A stretch of DNA of 64,000 nt from an uncultured Spirochaetales bacterium (GTDB lineage: Bacteria > Myxococcota_A > UBA9160 > SMWR01): NCBI GenBank assembly GCA_964413375.1, contig CAYPSI010000120.1:4607-68606 (forward strand), read 5' to 3'. Made by a program: the position numbers and the translations under genes. Of the stretch, positions 1-8,735 are shown piece by piece. Below the pieces are notes generated by a model. It saw only the letters and a program-made list of their open reading frames with translations, searched no databases and was not told the origin of the DNA. Position 1 is the first letter of the stretch; every line of letters starts with the position of its first letter.

Positions 1-1
1 C

Positions 2-1168
2 GATGAACCACTGGTACACGCCGGCCGGATTCTCGCCGCTCAGCGTTCCGGTCTTGCCCGCGACGCGCACCGGGCCGAGGATCGGCGCTCCGCGCGCATC
101 GAGAAACGCGCTCTTCGCCGTGCCCTGGGTGGTGACGCCGACGAGGAGCTCGCGGAGCTGGTCCGCAAGCTCGGGCAGCCACACGCGCTGCGGCGCCTCG
201 GGGGCCGGGAGAGCGAGGGAGCGACCTTGCGAGTCCTGGACATGAGCGATCCAGTGCGGGCGCACCAGCTCTCCGTGGGCCAGCACCGCCGCCAGGCGCA
301 CGGCGGCCAGCGGAGAGATGAACGAGCCGGCGAGGCCGGAGCCCAGGCGTCCGAGGTCGAGCGCATCCCGGACCGGCGCGAAGAGGCCTGCGGGGTGGCC
401 GGGCGCCGGGGCCTCGAGCAGGCCCACGCTCGCCATCTCGCTCAGCATCGCTTCCGCACCCACGTCGCCGACGGCCAGGCGGGCGAAGCACTGGTTGTTG
501 GAGTTCGCGAGTGCGCGCCAGAAAGGGTCCACGCTGCCGCCGCGCAACGGAGCGACGAGCTCCGCCGGCCCGAGGGTGTAGGGGCTTCCGAGGTAGCGGC
601 AATCGCGCCCGGCGGCAGCCGGTGCGCGTCGCAGGACGGCCGCCGCCGTCACCACCTTGGCGAGCGAGGCCGTCGGATAGGTGCGGGTGACGGGAAACGC
701 GATCGGATCGGTCGAAACGTAGGCGAGTAGCGCGCCGCTCACGGGATCCATCAGGACGACGCTGCCTAGCTTCACACCACCGCGCCGGAGCAGCTCGCGC
801 ACGCTCACTTCGAGCTCGCGATCGATCGTGTACTCGACCTGGATCCGCTCGCGCGCGTCGCCGGAGGGCGTCGCGCGCTCGACTTGTTCGACGAGCCAAC
901 CCGACGCGCCCGAGCCGTCTCCCGCCGCGGCGTCCGTCGCAGGCACCCAGTCGGAGGGGCTCCCCGCAGGCCGCGCACCGGGCGGCAGCAGCTCGGCGAT
1001 CCCGGCGGGCACCGGCGAGACGAGGGGGGGATGCGCCGAGACCGGCGGCAGCGCCGCTTGCGGGTCGCCCTCGGGCGCCGGCTCCGCCACGGCAGCGCCC
1101 GTCAACGCAGTCGCGAGCAGGAGGATCCACCCGACGCAGGTCCAGCGCGGTCGCATCGGCACGAGCAT
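2..1168 (-). CDS. penicillin-binding protein, transpeptidase domain (C-terminal end runs off the window)
   Basis: Absent from the ORF track because there is no stop inside the window. Manual reverse-complement translation from ATG 1168 (alternative ATG 1156) gives an uninterrupted frame to the window edge. It has an N-terminal hydrophobic anchor WTCVGWILLLATALTGAAVA. SxxK (TASLAK), SxN (ANSNNQ) and KTG (AGKTGT) motifs follow in canonical order. Confidence 0.7.
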   Translation of the reverse strand, partial: MLVPMRPRWTCVGWILLLATALTGAAVAEPAPEGDPQAALPPVSAHPPLVSPVPAGIAELLPPGARPAGSPSDWVPATDAAAGDGSGASGWLVEQVERATPSGDARERIQVEYTIDRELEVSVRELLRRGGVKLGSVVLMDPVSGALLAYVSTDPIAFPVTRTYPTASLAKVVTAAAVLRRAPAAAGRDCRYLGSPYTLGPAELVAPLRGGSVDPFWRALANSNNQCFARLAVGDVGAEAMLSEMASVGLLEAPAPGHPAGLFAPVRDALDLGRLGSGLAGSFISPLAAVRLAAVLAHGELVRPHWIAHVQDSQGRSLALPAPEAPQRVWLPELADQLRELLVGVTTQGTAKSAFLDARGAPILGPVRVAGKTGTLSGENPAGVYQWFI

Positions 1169-1226
1169 AGGCCGAGACCCTGGCGCCGGGCATCGGCTTC
1201 CCCGCCACCCGCCGCGGCGCCCAGCC

Positions 1227-1294
1227 CTAGCGGACGCGGAGAGCTAGCGGACGCGGAGAGCTAGCGGACGCGGAGAGCTAGCGGGCGCGAAGAG
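1227..1294. repeat. 17-bp tandem repeat x4 (CTAGCGGACGCGGAGAG; 4th copy CTAGCGGGCGCGAAGAG)
   Basis: Read directly. Units 1227-1243, 1244-1260 and 1261-1277 are identical; 1278-1294 has 2 substitutions. Each unit carries CTAG, which explains the track ORF ends at 1244 and 1261. It is intergenic, between the PBP start and the small basic ORF. Confidence 0.9.
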
Positions 1295-1403
1295 GTGCCC
1301 GGATCGGACCTCGAAGTGCGCCGTCTCTGCGGCGGAAGCGACGCTGCTGGACTTCCCGACCTGGATTCGCATCCTCCCCGAGCGCCGGGGAGAATCCCGC
1401 CGG

Positions 1404-1544
1404 CTACTTCTTGCCCTTCGCAGGCGTCCGCGGTGCCTGACTCTGGCTGTCCTGCTTGGACTTCGCCTCGGCCGCGCCCCCTGCCTTGGCGATGTTCTTC
1501 TGCTTCTGGCCGCGCTGTTTCGACTTGGGTGACTTGTCGCCCAC
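1404..1544 (-). CDS. small (46 aa) lysine-rich basic protein, function unknown
   Basis: Below the track length cutoff. GTG at 1544 has GGGAGG 5 nt upstream (gaaGGGAGGcacccGTG). Product is VGDKSPKSKQRGQKQKNIAKAGGAAEAKSKQDSQSQAPRTPAKGKK, followed by TAG at 1404-1406. Third positions in this frame are G/C-rich. Confidence 0.5.
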   Translation of the reverse strand: MGDKSPKSKQRGQKQKNIAKAGGAAEAKSKQDSQSQAPRTPAKGKK

Positions 1545-1774
1545 GGGTGCCTCCCTTCGATGGCCCAGGCCATCTGCGCGACGATCGCAGTCGCTGCATC
1601 CAAGGGCAAGGGTCGGCCGGATTCGGAGGGTCGGCCGTCATCGAGAGCCAGAAGCGCAGTCCGAGGCGCGCGCTTCGCACCCGCATGGGTGCACCCGATC
1701 GATTCGACTCGAGGCATGGCAGGAGCAGCGCAACCGCCGCTCTTGACTTCGGATCCACGCGGATCTCCACGCGG

Positions 1775-3487
1775 CTAGCCCCGCGCGACGACCGGGATGT
1801 AGCTCGGGTACCAGACCGCGCTGCGGACCGTCTTCTCGATCTCGTCGTCGGGGATCATCCTTCCGAGCTGTGCGTCGCGGGCATGGCGCACGACGGCGCA
1901 GGCGATCTGGAAGCTGACCTCGCGCAGCGCGTTCTGGCTCGGAAACAGGGCTCCCGACGCCAGGCGCTCCTCACTCACGCAGCTCGAGAGCGTCCGTGCG
2001 GCCACCGAGAACATCTCGTCGTCGATCTCGCTCGCCTCGGAGACGAGCGCACCGAGACCCACGCCGGGGAAGATGTAGACGTTGTTCCCCTGCCCGATCA
2101 CGTGCCGCCGTCCCTCGTAGAGGACGTCGTCGTAGGGGCTGCCCGTGGCCACCAACGCCCGGCCTCCGGTCCAGGCGAGGGCGTCCTTCGGCGCGCACTC
2201 CGACTTCGAGGTGGGGTTCGAGAGCGGCAGGACGAGAGGCCGCTCGACGTGCTCCGCCAGCTCCTCGAGCATCTCCCGGGTAAAGGCTCCCGGCTGTCCG
2301 GTCGCGCCCACCAGGATCGTCGGCTTGAAAGCGCGGATCATCTCCACCGGACTCGGGTCCGCGCTCGCGTCGAGGCCGTAGAACTCGAGGCTCTGCCCGT
2401 CGAGCGCGAACTCCCGCTTGAAGGGCTCGCGAATCTCGCGCCCCTCGCGTAGCAGGCCCCGGGAGTCGAACGCGGCGATGGCGCGTCGGGTCCTTAGCTC
2501 GTCGGTCCCCGCCTGGCGCATGGCCGCCCGCGTCAGCCGGGCGATGCCCGTGCAGGCGCTTCCCGCCCCGATGAAGAGCACGCGCTGGTCGCCGATCGCC
2601 TGTCCCGTGATGCGCAGCGCCGAGAAGATGCCGCCCAAGATCACCGCGGCCGTGCCCTGGATGTCGTCGTTGAAGCTAGGGACACGCTTGCGGTAGCGCT
2701 CGAGCAGGTCGAAGGAGTGCGTGTTGGCGAAGTCTTCCCACTGGATCAGGGCGCGCGGGAAGACCTCGTGCACGCCCTGCACGAAGCGCTCCACGAAGTC
2801 GAGGTAGCCCTGACCCGTGAGCCGGCGTTCGCGGTAGCCGTGGTAAAGCGGGTCGTCCAGCAGCGCCTGGTTGTTCGTGCCCACGTCGAGGCTCACGGGC
2901 AGGCACTTCGAGGGGTGGATGCCGGCGCCGGCCACGTAGAGCGCCAGCTTGCCGATCGGGATGCCCATGCCGCCGGCGCCCTGGTCCCCCAGCCCGAGGA
3001 TGCGCTCGTTGTCGGTGACCACGATCAGCCGGATGTCGCCGAAGGGGGCGTTCGCGAGCACCTCGCGCGCGTTCTCGATGTTGCCCGGCGTGATCGAGAT
3101 GCCCCGCGCATCTCGGAAGATGTGGCTGAACTCCTGACAGGCCTGCCCCACCGTCGGCGTGTACACGATGGGCAGCAGCTCCGGCAGGTTTTCGACCAGG
3201 ACGCGGTAGAAGAGCACCTCGTTGCGATCCTGCAGGCTCGCGAGCCCGATGTACTTCTCGAGACTCGTCGACTTGGCGCGGAGGTGCTCCACCTCGAGCT
3301 CGACCTGCTGCTCGAGCTCGAGCACCTGGTGCGGTAGCAGCCCCTCGAGTCCGAGCTGGCTGCGTTCGGCCCGCGTGAAGCCGAGTCCCTTGTTCGTCGA
3401 GGGGTTGTTCAGCAGCCAGACCCCTCGCTTGCGGGTCTCGATCTGGCCCTCCCCACCGAGCTTCTGGTCGTAGGTCTCGTCCTTCAA
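1775..3487 (-). CDS. maeA: NAD(P)-dependent malic enzyme (oxaloacetate-decarboxylating)
   Basis: Track ORF 1775..3583. LLNNPSTNKGLGFTRAER, IVYTPTVGQAC, VVTDNERILGLGDQGAGGMGIPIGKL and FNDDIQGTAAV are typical of SfcA/MaeA-type malic enzymes. The in-frame TTG at 3487 (G-run RBS upstream) gives about 570 aa, the usual family length. The ATG at 3583 would add an Arg/Trp-rich extension. Confidence 0.85.
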   Translation of the reverse strand: MKDETYDQKLGGEGQIETRKRGVWLLNNPSTNKGLGFTRAERSQLGLEGLLPHQVLELEQQVELEVEHLRAKSTSLEKYIGLASLQDRNEVLFYRVLVENLPELLPIVYTPTVGQACQEFSHIFRDARGISITPGNIENAREVLANAPFGDIRLIVVTDNERILGLGDQGAGGMGIPIGKLALYVAGAGIHPSKCLPVSLDVGTNNQALLDDPLYHGYRERRLTGQGYLDFVERFVQGVHEVFPRALIQWEDFANTHSFDLLERYRKRVPSFNDDIQGTAAVILGGIFSALRITGQAIGDQRVLFIGAGSACTGIARLTRAAMRQAGTDELRTRRAIAAFDSRGLLREGREIREPFKREFALDGQSLEFYGLDASADPSPVEMIRAFKPTILVGATGQPGAFTREMLEELAEHVERPLVLPLSNPTSKSECAPKDALAWTGGRALVATGSPYDDVLYEGRRHVIGQGNNVYIFPGVGLGALVSEASEIDDEMFSVAARTLSSCVSEERLASGALFPSQNALREVSFQIACAVVRHARDAQLGRMIPDDEIEKTVRSAVWYPSYIPVVARG

Positions 3488-3663
3488 CCGGGTGCCCCCC
3501 TGTACCGCCGGGCTAGAACACCGCCACCACGGCTCCGCCCATTGCAAGGTCTCCCTTGCGAGCCGCGGGGCAGCGCGCTTCACGAACCCGTTTCCGCCAC
3601 TCTATCGCAGGCGTCATGGGGCAAGTCGAAGTCGCCGCAGCGAGTGACGAGCCAGCACTCGCT

Positions 3664-5511
3664 TCAGATCCGCTCGGCGAGCGCCTCGAAGCTCAGGCGG
3701 CCGAGGGCATGCGTGGCGGAGCGAAGGAGATTCTCGAGCAGGCGGATCTTCAGCTCGGGGCAGGTGGCGTCGAGGGAGGCGAAGGTTGCGCGCTTCAGCA
3801 CCCAGCACACGGAGGGGCGGTCAGCGCGGACGAAGGCGCTGCGCGTGGCGCCCTCCACCATCGAGGGCTCGCCAAAGCCCATCCCGGGCGAGAGCGTGGC
3901 GAGGCGCCGCAAGCGGCCGTCGGCAAGATCGGAGAGCACGGAGAGTGCTCCGGAGACGAGCAGGAAGAGCTCGTCGGCGGGATCGCCCTTGCGCACCACC
4001 ATCTCTCGCGCCGCGAAGCTGCGGCGCTCCATCAGGTCCGCCATCCGCTCGAGCCCATCGGAGTCGAGCCCGCGCAGCAGCTCGTGCTTCGCGAGCGGGA
4101 GCTCCTGGTGCGGATCGACGGCCGCGCCGTGGGCGGCGAGGATCGCATCCTCACACCACTCCACGGCGACCTCCAGCTCGTCGAACACCGTGGGCGCCGG
4201 CGACCCATCCCGTACCCTCGCCTCCTCCAGCAGGCGCAGCAGGCGCGGGTGACGCGTCATGCCCGAGAATGCCACCGCACGTCCCTGCTCCGCGAGCGAC
4301 GCGTTCAGCGCGAGCAGCAGCCGCGCCGACGAAGGATCCACGTCCGTGACCCGGCCGAAGTCGAGCACGAAGCGGTTGAGCTCGGGCGCCCCGCTCACGA
4401 GCCGGCGGACGATGGCCTCCGTACCGGCGAAGGAGAGCTCTCCCTGGAGCTGGTAGATGATCGCCTCGTTCCCGTGCGCGTCGAGGGCCTCCCGCTCGGA
4501 GTCGACGCGGACGCGCTTCGATCCGAAGGCGCGAACCGTGGAGCGCGAACGCACGGCCGAGACGGAGGGGCGCGGTGCGCGCAGGAAATGGAGATCGAAC
4601 TCGTCGGAGATCGCCTCGCAGACGGCTACACCGCGCACGCTGTTGCCGCGTTCGTCGAGCGGAGGCGAGAAGACGCCGATGGCGAGCTGCCCGGGCAAGA
4701 CCGCCAGGATGCCGCCCGCGACACCGCTCTTCGCGGGGAGCCCCACACGGTAGAGCCACCCGCCGGAGTAATCGTACATGCCGCAGGTGGTCATCACGCT
4801 CAACACTTCGTCCACGTGCGAGGGTAGGAGGGCGCGCTCGCGCGTCACCGGGTTCGTTCCGCCCGTGGCGAGCGTGGCTCCGATCATGCTGAGATCGCGG
4901 CAGGTGACCTCGATCGAGCACTGGCGGAAGTAGAGATCGAGGTCCGGCTCCGGGTCGTGCTCGATGATTCCGAAGTTCCGCAGCATGTGACTGATGGCGC
5001 GATTGCGGTGGCCGGTGTCCCGCTCCGAGTGGTAGACGCTTTCGTCCAGGCGCAGGCTCCGCCCGGCATAGCTCGAGAAGAGCGCAAGAATCCGCGCCCA
5101 GCGGTCCTCGAGGGAGTGCCCCGCCACGAGCGAGGTGGCGGTGATGGCCCCGGCGTTGATCATCGGGTTGCGAGGGCGGCCGGTGGGCGACTCCAGACTG
5201 ATCTCGTTGAAGGCGTCGCCGGTGGGCTCGACTCCGATGCGCTCGAGCACTGCCGTCTTGCCGCGGTCCTCGAGTGCCAGCCCGTAGACCAGGGGCTTCG
5301 AGATCGACTGGATCGTGAAGGGGTGCCGCGTGTCGCCGACCTCGTACACGTAGCCATCGGCGGTCGCGAGGCTGATGCCGAACCAGCTCGGGTTGGCCCG
5401 GGCGAGCTCTGGAATGTAGCTGGCGACCGCGCCCGCCCTGAGCGGCTGGAAGCGCTCGTGCAGCGCGCACAAGGAGCGCCGGATCGGGCACAGATCAGCA
5501 GCGGCAGCCAC
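3664..5511 (-). CDS. glsA: glutaminase A fused to STAS and cyclic-nucleotide-binding domains
   Basis: Track ORF 3664..5580. Glutaminase motifs: ASYIPELA, QSISKPLVYGLALE (SxxK), NPMINAGAI, GLPAKSGVAGGILAV. A STAS-like segment follows (IIYQLQGELSFAGTEAIV...VLDFGRVTDVDPSSARLL). A cNMP-binding-like C-terminus follows that (VVRKGDPADELFLLVSGALSV...GMGFGEPSMVEG...RSAFVRA). The GTG at 5511 has AGGA 5 nt upstream; the GTG at 5580 lacks an RBS. Confidence 0.8.
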   Translation of the reverse strand: MAAAADLCPIRRSLCALHERFQPLRAGAVASYIPELARANPSWFGISLATADGYVYEVGDTRHPFTIQSISKPLVYGLALEDRGKTAVLERIGVEPTGDAFNEISLESPTGRPRNPMINAGAITATSLVAGHSLEDRWARILALFSSYAGRSLRLDESVYHSERDTGHRNRAISHMLRNFGIIEHDPEPDLDLYFRQCSIEVTCRDLSMIGATLATGGTNPVTRERALLPSHVDEVLSVMTTCGMYDYSGGWLYRVGLPAKSGVAGGILAVLPGQLAIGVFSPPLDERGNSVRGVAVCEAISDEFDLHFLRAPRPSVSAVRSRSTVRAFGSKRVRVDSEREALDAHGNEAIIYQLQGELSFAGTEAIVRRLVSGAPELNRFVLDFGRVTDVDPSSARLLLALNASLAEQGRAVAFSGMTRHPRLLRLLEEARVRDGSPAPTVFDELEVAVEWCEDAILAAHGAAVDPHQELPLAKHELLRGLDSDGLERMADLMERRSFAAREMVVRKGDPADELFLLVSGALSVLSDLADGRLRRLATLSPGMGFGEPSMVEGATRSAFVRADRPSVCWVLKRATFASLDATCPELKIRLLENLLRSATHALGRLSFEALAERI

Positions 5512-5659
5512 CGGCGTCCTCGCTCGGCCACGGCGAAAGGAGTCCGGGGCCGCGGTACAGCAAGATGCATGCCTATCCACCGACGCTCGAGCGGCGTCCT
5601 CGCGGCGCCGCTGGCTAGCGGCGGAGCAGTCCCTGCCTCGAAAGCCAGCAGGCGCTCGC

Positions 5660-6298
5660 CTACGCCTTGCGGCAGACCATCGCGAGCCAGGGCTGTTGTG
5701 AGCGCGGAAGACCGGGCGGGCGGAAGTAGTGCTCCAGCTCGACGAAGCCCACCGAGCTCACGATGCCTCGCCAGGTCTCGACGTCGAGATAGCTGGCGTA
5801 GCGCCGGTCGCGCCAGCCTTCTTCGTTCTGCCCGTGGGGATTCGAGCTGAAGAGGATGCCGCTCGGGCGGAGCGCGTCGCGAAGCTCCCCGAGGACGCGC
5901 GGCAGCTCCTGTGCCGGAACGTGGAAGAGCGATGCATTCGCGAACACGCCGTCGAAGTGCGCTGCGGGGAGGTCGAGCGCGAGGAAGTCCTGCTGCAGGA
6001 CCTCGCAGCCGCTGTGCTCGCGCGCCATCTCGACGAAGCGCGCGGCACCGTCGAGGCCGACGGCCTCGTGTCCCAGATCCCGGAACGCGCGCAGATCGCG
6101 ACCGGGGCCGCAGCCGAAATCGAGGATTCGGAAGGGGCCGGCACCGAGGTGGGAGAGCAGCGCGTGGATGTTCTGGCTGACGTCGTGATTGCGAGTCCCT
6201 TCCCAGAACCCCTCCGCCGTGTCGTGATAGTGGGCGAGCGTAGTCTGCGAGATCTTCCGGAGTTCGCTCCGATCGAGCGTCGTCCGCGGAGCCATCAC
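5660..6298 (-). CDS. class I SAM-dependent methyltransferase
   Basis: Track ORF. SAM-binding motif I is ILDFGCGPGRD; downstream it has FDGVFANASLFHV. Confidence 0.8.
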   Translation of the reverse strand: MMAPRTTLDRSELRKISQTTLAHYHDTAEGFWEGTRNHDVSQNIHALLSHLGAGPFRILDFGCGPGRDLRAFRDLGHEAVGLDGAARFVEMAREHSGCEVLQQDFLALDLPAAHFDGVFANASLFHVPAQELPRVLGELRDALRPSGILFSSNPHGQNEEGWRDRRYASYLDVETWRGIVSSVGFVELEHYFRPPGLPRSQQPWLAMVCRKA

Positions 6299-6469
6299 GC
6301 GGAACGCCTGCGCAGGGCGGCGGCGTCCCGGCGCACTTCGCGCACCCGAGCGACGAGCCGTGCAACTCCGTTGGACGGAGATGATACCCGCGCTTCGGTT
6401 TCTGCTATAGCAAGAGCCACCAGGAGACCTCGATCAGGGATCCTAGGATTTCGCTGGGGAGGAAGCGAC

Positions 6470-8437
6470 ATGACTTCGCGACGATGGCTCGCGCCGGAGA
6501 TCGCGTTCGGACTCGTCACGCTGGCGGCCCTCGCCCACTCCCAGGAGCGCGCGGTCACCGACATCGGAACGCTCGATGCGACGAGCGTCGCGAAGCCCTT
6601 CAAATCGACACAGACCTACTCGCCCGCCGCCGGCTGGAACTATCCGAGCCGGGTCTACTGGGGCGACACGCACCTGCACACCAGCGCTTCGATGGACGCC
6701 GGCGCCTTCGGAAATCGCCTCGGCTTCGAAGACGCCTACCGTTTCGCGCGCGGTGAGGAGCTCAGCTCATCGACGGGCCAGCGCGTGAAGCTGTCCCGCC
6801 CGCTCGATTTCCTCGCCATCGCGGACCATTCGGACAACATGGGCTTCTTCCCGGATCTCTTCGCGGGCAAGCCCTCCATCCTCGCCGACCCGACCGGAAA
6901 GCGCTGGTACGAGATGGTCCAGAAGGGCGGCAAGTCCGGCGGGGACGCGGCGCTCGAGATCATCGATGCCTTCTCGCGCGGCACCTTCCCGAAGGCGTTG
7001 ATGTACCTGCCGGGCTCAAAGGCCTACCTCTCCACCTGGCAGCAGATCATCGCCGCCGCCGAGAAGTACAACGAGCCGGGCCATTTCACCGCGTTCATCG
7101 GCTACGAGTGGACCTCGCAGGTTCCGCCCGGAAACAATCTGCACCGCGTGGTGCTGTATCGCGACGGCGGCGACAAGGCGATCCAGACGGAGCCCTTCAC
7201 GACCTACCCGCCCACCGGCAGCACGACGCCCGAGGATCTCTGGAAGGCGCTCGAGATCTACGAGAGCAAGAGCGGTGGACGCGTGCTCGCGATCGCGCAC
7301 AACGGGAACCTGAGCAACGGGATGATGTTCCCGTCCGAGACGAATCCGGCGACGAAGGAGCCGCTCTCGAAGGAGTACGCGGCCACGCGGACGCGCTGGG
7401 AGCCCCTCTACGAGGTGACCCAGATCAAGGGCGACGGCGAGGCCCACCCCTTGCTCTCCTCGACGGACGAGTTTGCGGATTTCGAGCGCTGGGACGTCGG
7501 CAATCTCAATCTGAGCGAGATCAAGCAGCCCGAGATGCTGGCGAACGAGTACGCGCGAAGCGCGCTCCAGATCGGCTTGCAGCTCGAGTCCAGGCTCGGC
7601 GTGAATCCCTACAAGTTCGGGATGATCGGCTCGACCGACAGCCACACCTCCCTCTCGACCGCGGACGAGGAGAACTTCTTCGGCAAGCACTCCGGTGCCG
7701 AGCCGAGCCCCGAGCGTGCCACCCACGCCTTCATGCGCAACGGCGATGCCGTGCTGATGGGCTGGCAGATGGTCGCCTCGGGCTACGCGGGCGTCTGGGC
7801 GACGGACAACTCGCGCGAGGCGCTGTGGGACGCGATGAAGCGCAAGGAGACCTACGCGACCACGGGCTCCCGGATGATGGTGCGCTTCTTCGGCGGCTGG
7901 GACTTTGCGCCCGAGGACGTACGAACGCGCAACCCCGCCGAGGCGGGCTACACGAAGGGCGTGCCGATGGGCGGCGATCTTCCGCCCTCGACCCGCGGCA
8001 AGACGGCGCCAAGCTTCCTGGTCGCCGCGCTGAAGGATCCCATCGGCGGGAATCTCGACCGCGTCCAGATCGTCAAGGGATGGATCGACGCCGACGGCGC
8101 GCGGAAGGAGAAGGTCTACGACGTCGCCTGGTCGGGGGACCGGAAGCCCGGCGCGGACGCAAAGCTCCCGCCGGTCGGCAACACGGTCGACGTCGCCAAT
8201 GCCAGCTGGACGAACACGATCGGAGCGACCGAGCTCGCGACCGTCTGGAAGGACCCGGAGTTCGCGCCGGGCCTGCGCGCCGTCTACTACGTCCGCGTGA
8301 TCGAGATCCCGACGCCGCGCTGGACCGCCTACGACGCGAAGCGCCTCGGGGTGAAGATGCCTCCCGAGGTGCCGATGTGGAGCCAGCAACGCGCCTACAC
8401 CTCGCCGATCTGGTACACGCCCGAAGGACGAAGCTGA
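6470..8437 (+). CDS. DUF3604 domain-containing secreted protein
   Basis: Same frame as track ORF 5729..8437. ATG 6470 follows GGGGAGGAAG. Signal peptide MTSRRWLAPEIAFGLVTLAALAHS. YWGDTHLHTSASMDAG and IADHSDNMG are characteristic of DUF3604 (PHP-like metal site). The upstream part of the track ORF is antisense to the methyltransferase. Confidence 0.8.
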   Translation: MTSRRWLAPEIAFGLVTLAALAHSQERAVTDIGTLDATSVAKPFKSTQTYSPAAGWNYPSRVYWGDTHLHTSASMDAGAFGNRLGFEDAYRFARGEELSSSTGQRVKLSRPLDFLAIADHSDNMGFFPDLFAGKPSILADPTGKRWYEMVQKGGKSGGDAALEIIDAFSRGTFPKALMYLPGSKAYLSTWQQIIAAAEKYNEPGHFTAFIGYEWTSQVPPGNNLHRVVLYRDGGDKAIQTEPFTTYPPTGSTTPEDLWKALEIYESKSGGRVLAIAHNGNLSNGMMFPSETNPATKEPLSKEYAATRTRWEPLYEVTQIKGDGEAHPLLSSTDEFADFERWDVGNLNLSEIKQPEMLANEYARSALQIGLQLESRLGVNPYKFGMIGSTDSHTSLSTADEENFFGKHSGAEPSPERATHAFMRNGDAVLMGWQMVASGYAGVWATDNSREALWDAMKRKETYATTGSRMMVRFFGGWDFAPEDVRTRNPAEAGYTKGVPMGGDLPPSTRGKTAPSFLVAALKDPIGGNLDRVQIVKGWIDADGARKEKVYDVAWSGDRKPGADAKLPPVGNTVDVANASWTNTIGATELATVWKDPEFAPGLRAVYYVRVIEIPTPRWTAYDAKRLGVKMPPEVPMWSQQRAYTSPIWYTPEGRS

Positions 8438-8438
8438 C

Positions 8439-8735
8439 CTAGCCGCCGGCCATTGCTCCGAGGACCACGTAGGGCTCGGCCCCCGTCGCCACCGCGTCCG
8501 GCAGCGGGGCGTCGGGAAGCTCGTGGGACAGATCCTCCCCGCAGGCGAAGAAGCGCACGAAGGCCCGCCGCTGCTTCGTGACGTGATCGCGGATCGTGCC
8601 GCGCAGCACCGGATGGCGGAGTTCGAGCGCATCGAGGAGCGTGTGCTGTGTTACCCGACCCTCGATCTCGAGCTGCACCTCGGCGCCGACGCGCGCCAGC
8701 GTCCGCAGGTGGGCCGGAAGCGCGACCCGGATCAT
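8439..8735 (-). CDS. MoaD/ThiS family ubiquitin-like sulfur-carrier protein
   Basis: 98 aa ending in GG (GAMAGG). The length and beta-grasp-like pattern fit. Its start overlaps the stop of the upstream BNR gene by 4 nt. Confidence 0.7.
   Translation of the reverse strand: MIRVALPAHLRTLARVGAEVQLEIEGRVTQHTLLDALELRHPVLRGTIRDHVTKQRRAFVRFFACGEDLSHELPDAPLPDAVATGAEPYVVLGAMAGG

Noticed and set aside
1227-1294. Possible CRISPR array (also considered for the repeats at 26914-26992 and 62435-62520)
   Set aside because: The repeats are directly tandem or only two copies. There are no unique spacers of uniform length, the units are 17-43 bp with no cas genes, and none of them fits CRISPR architecture.
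5729-6469. 247-codon N-terminal extension of the DUF3604 ORF
   Set aside because: It is antisense to the SAM methyltransferase gene. The signal peptide and strong RBS at 6470 define the real start.
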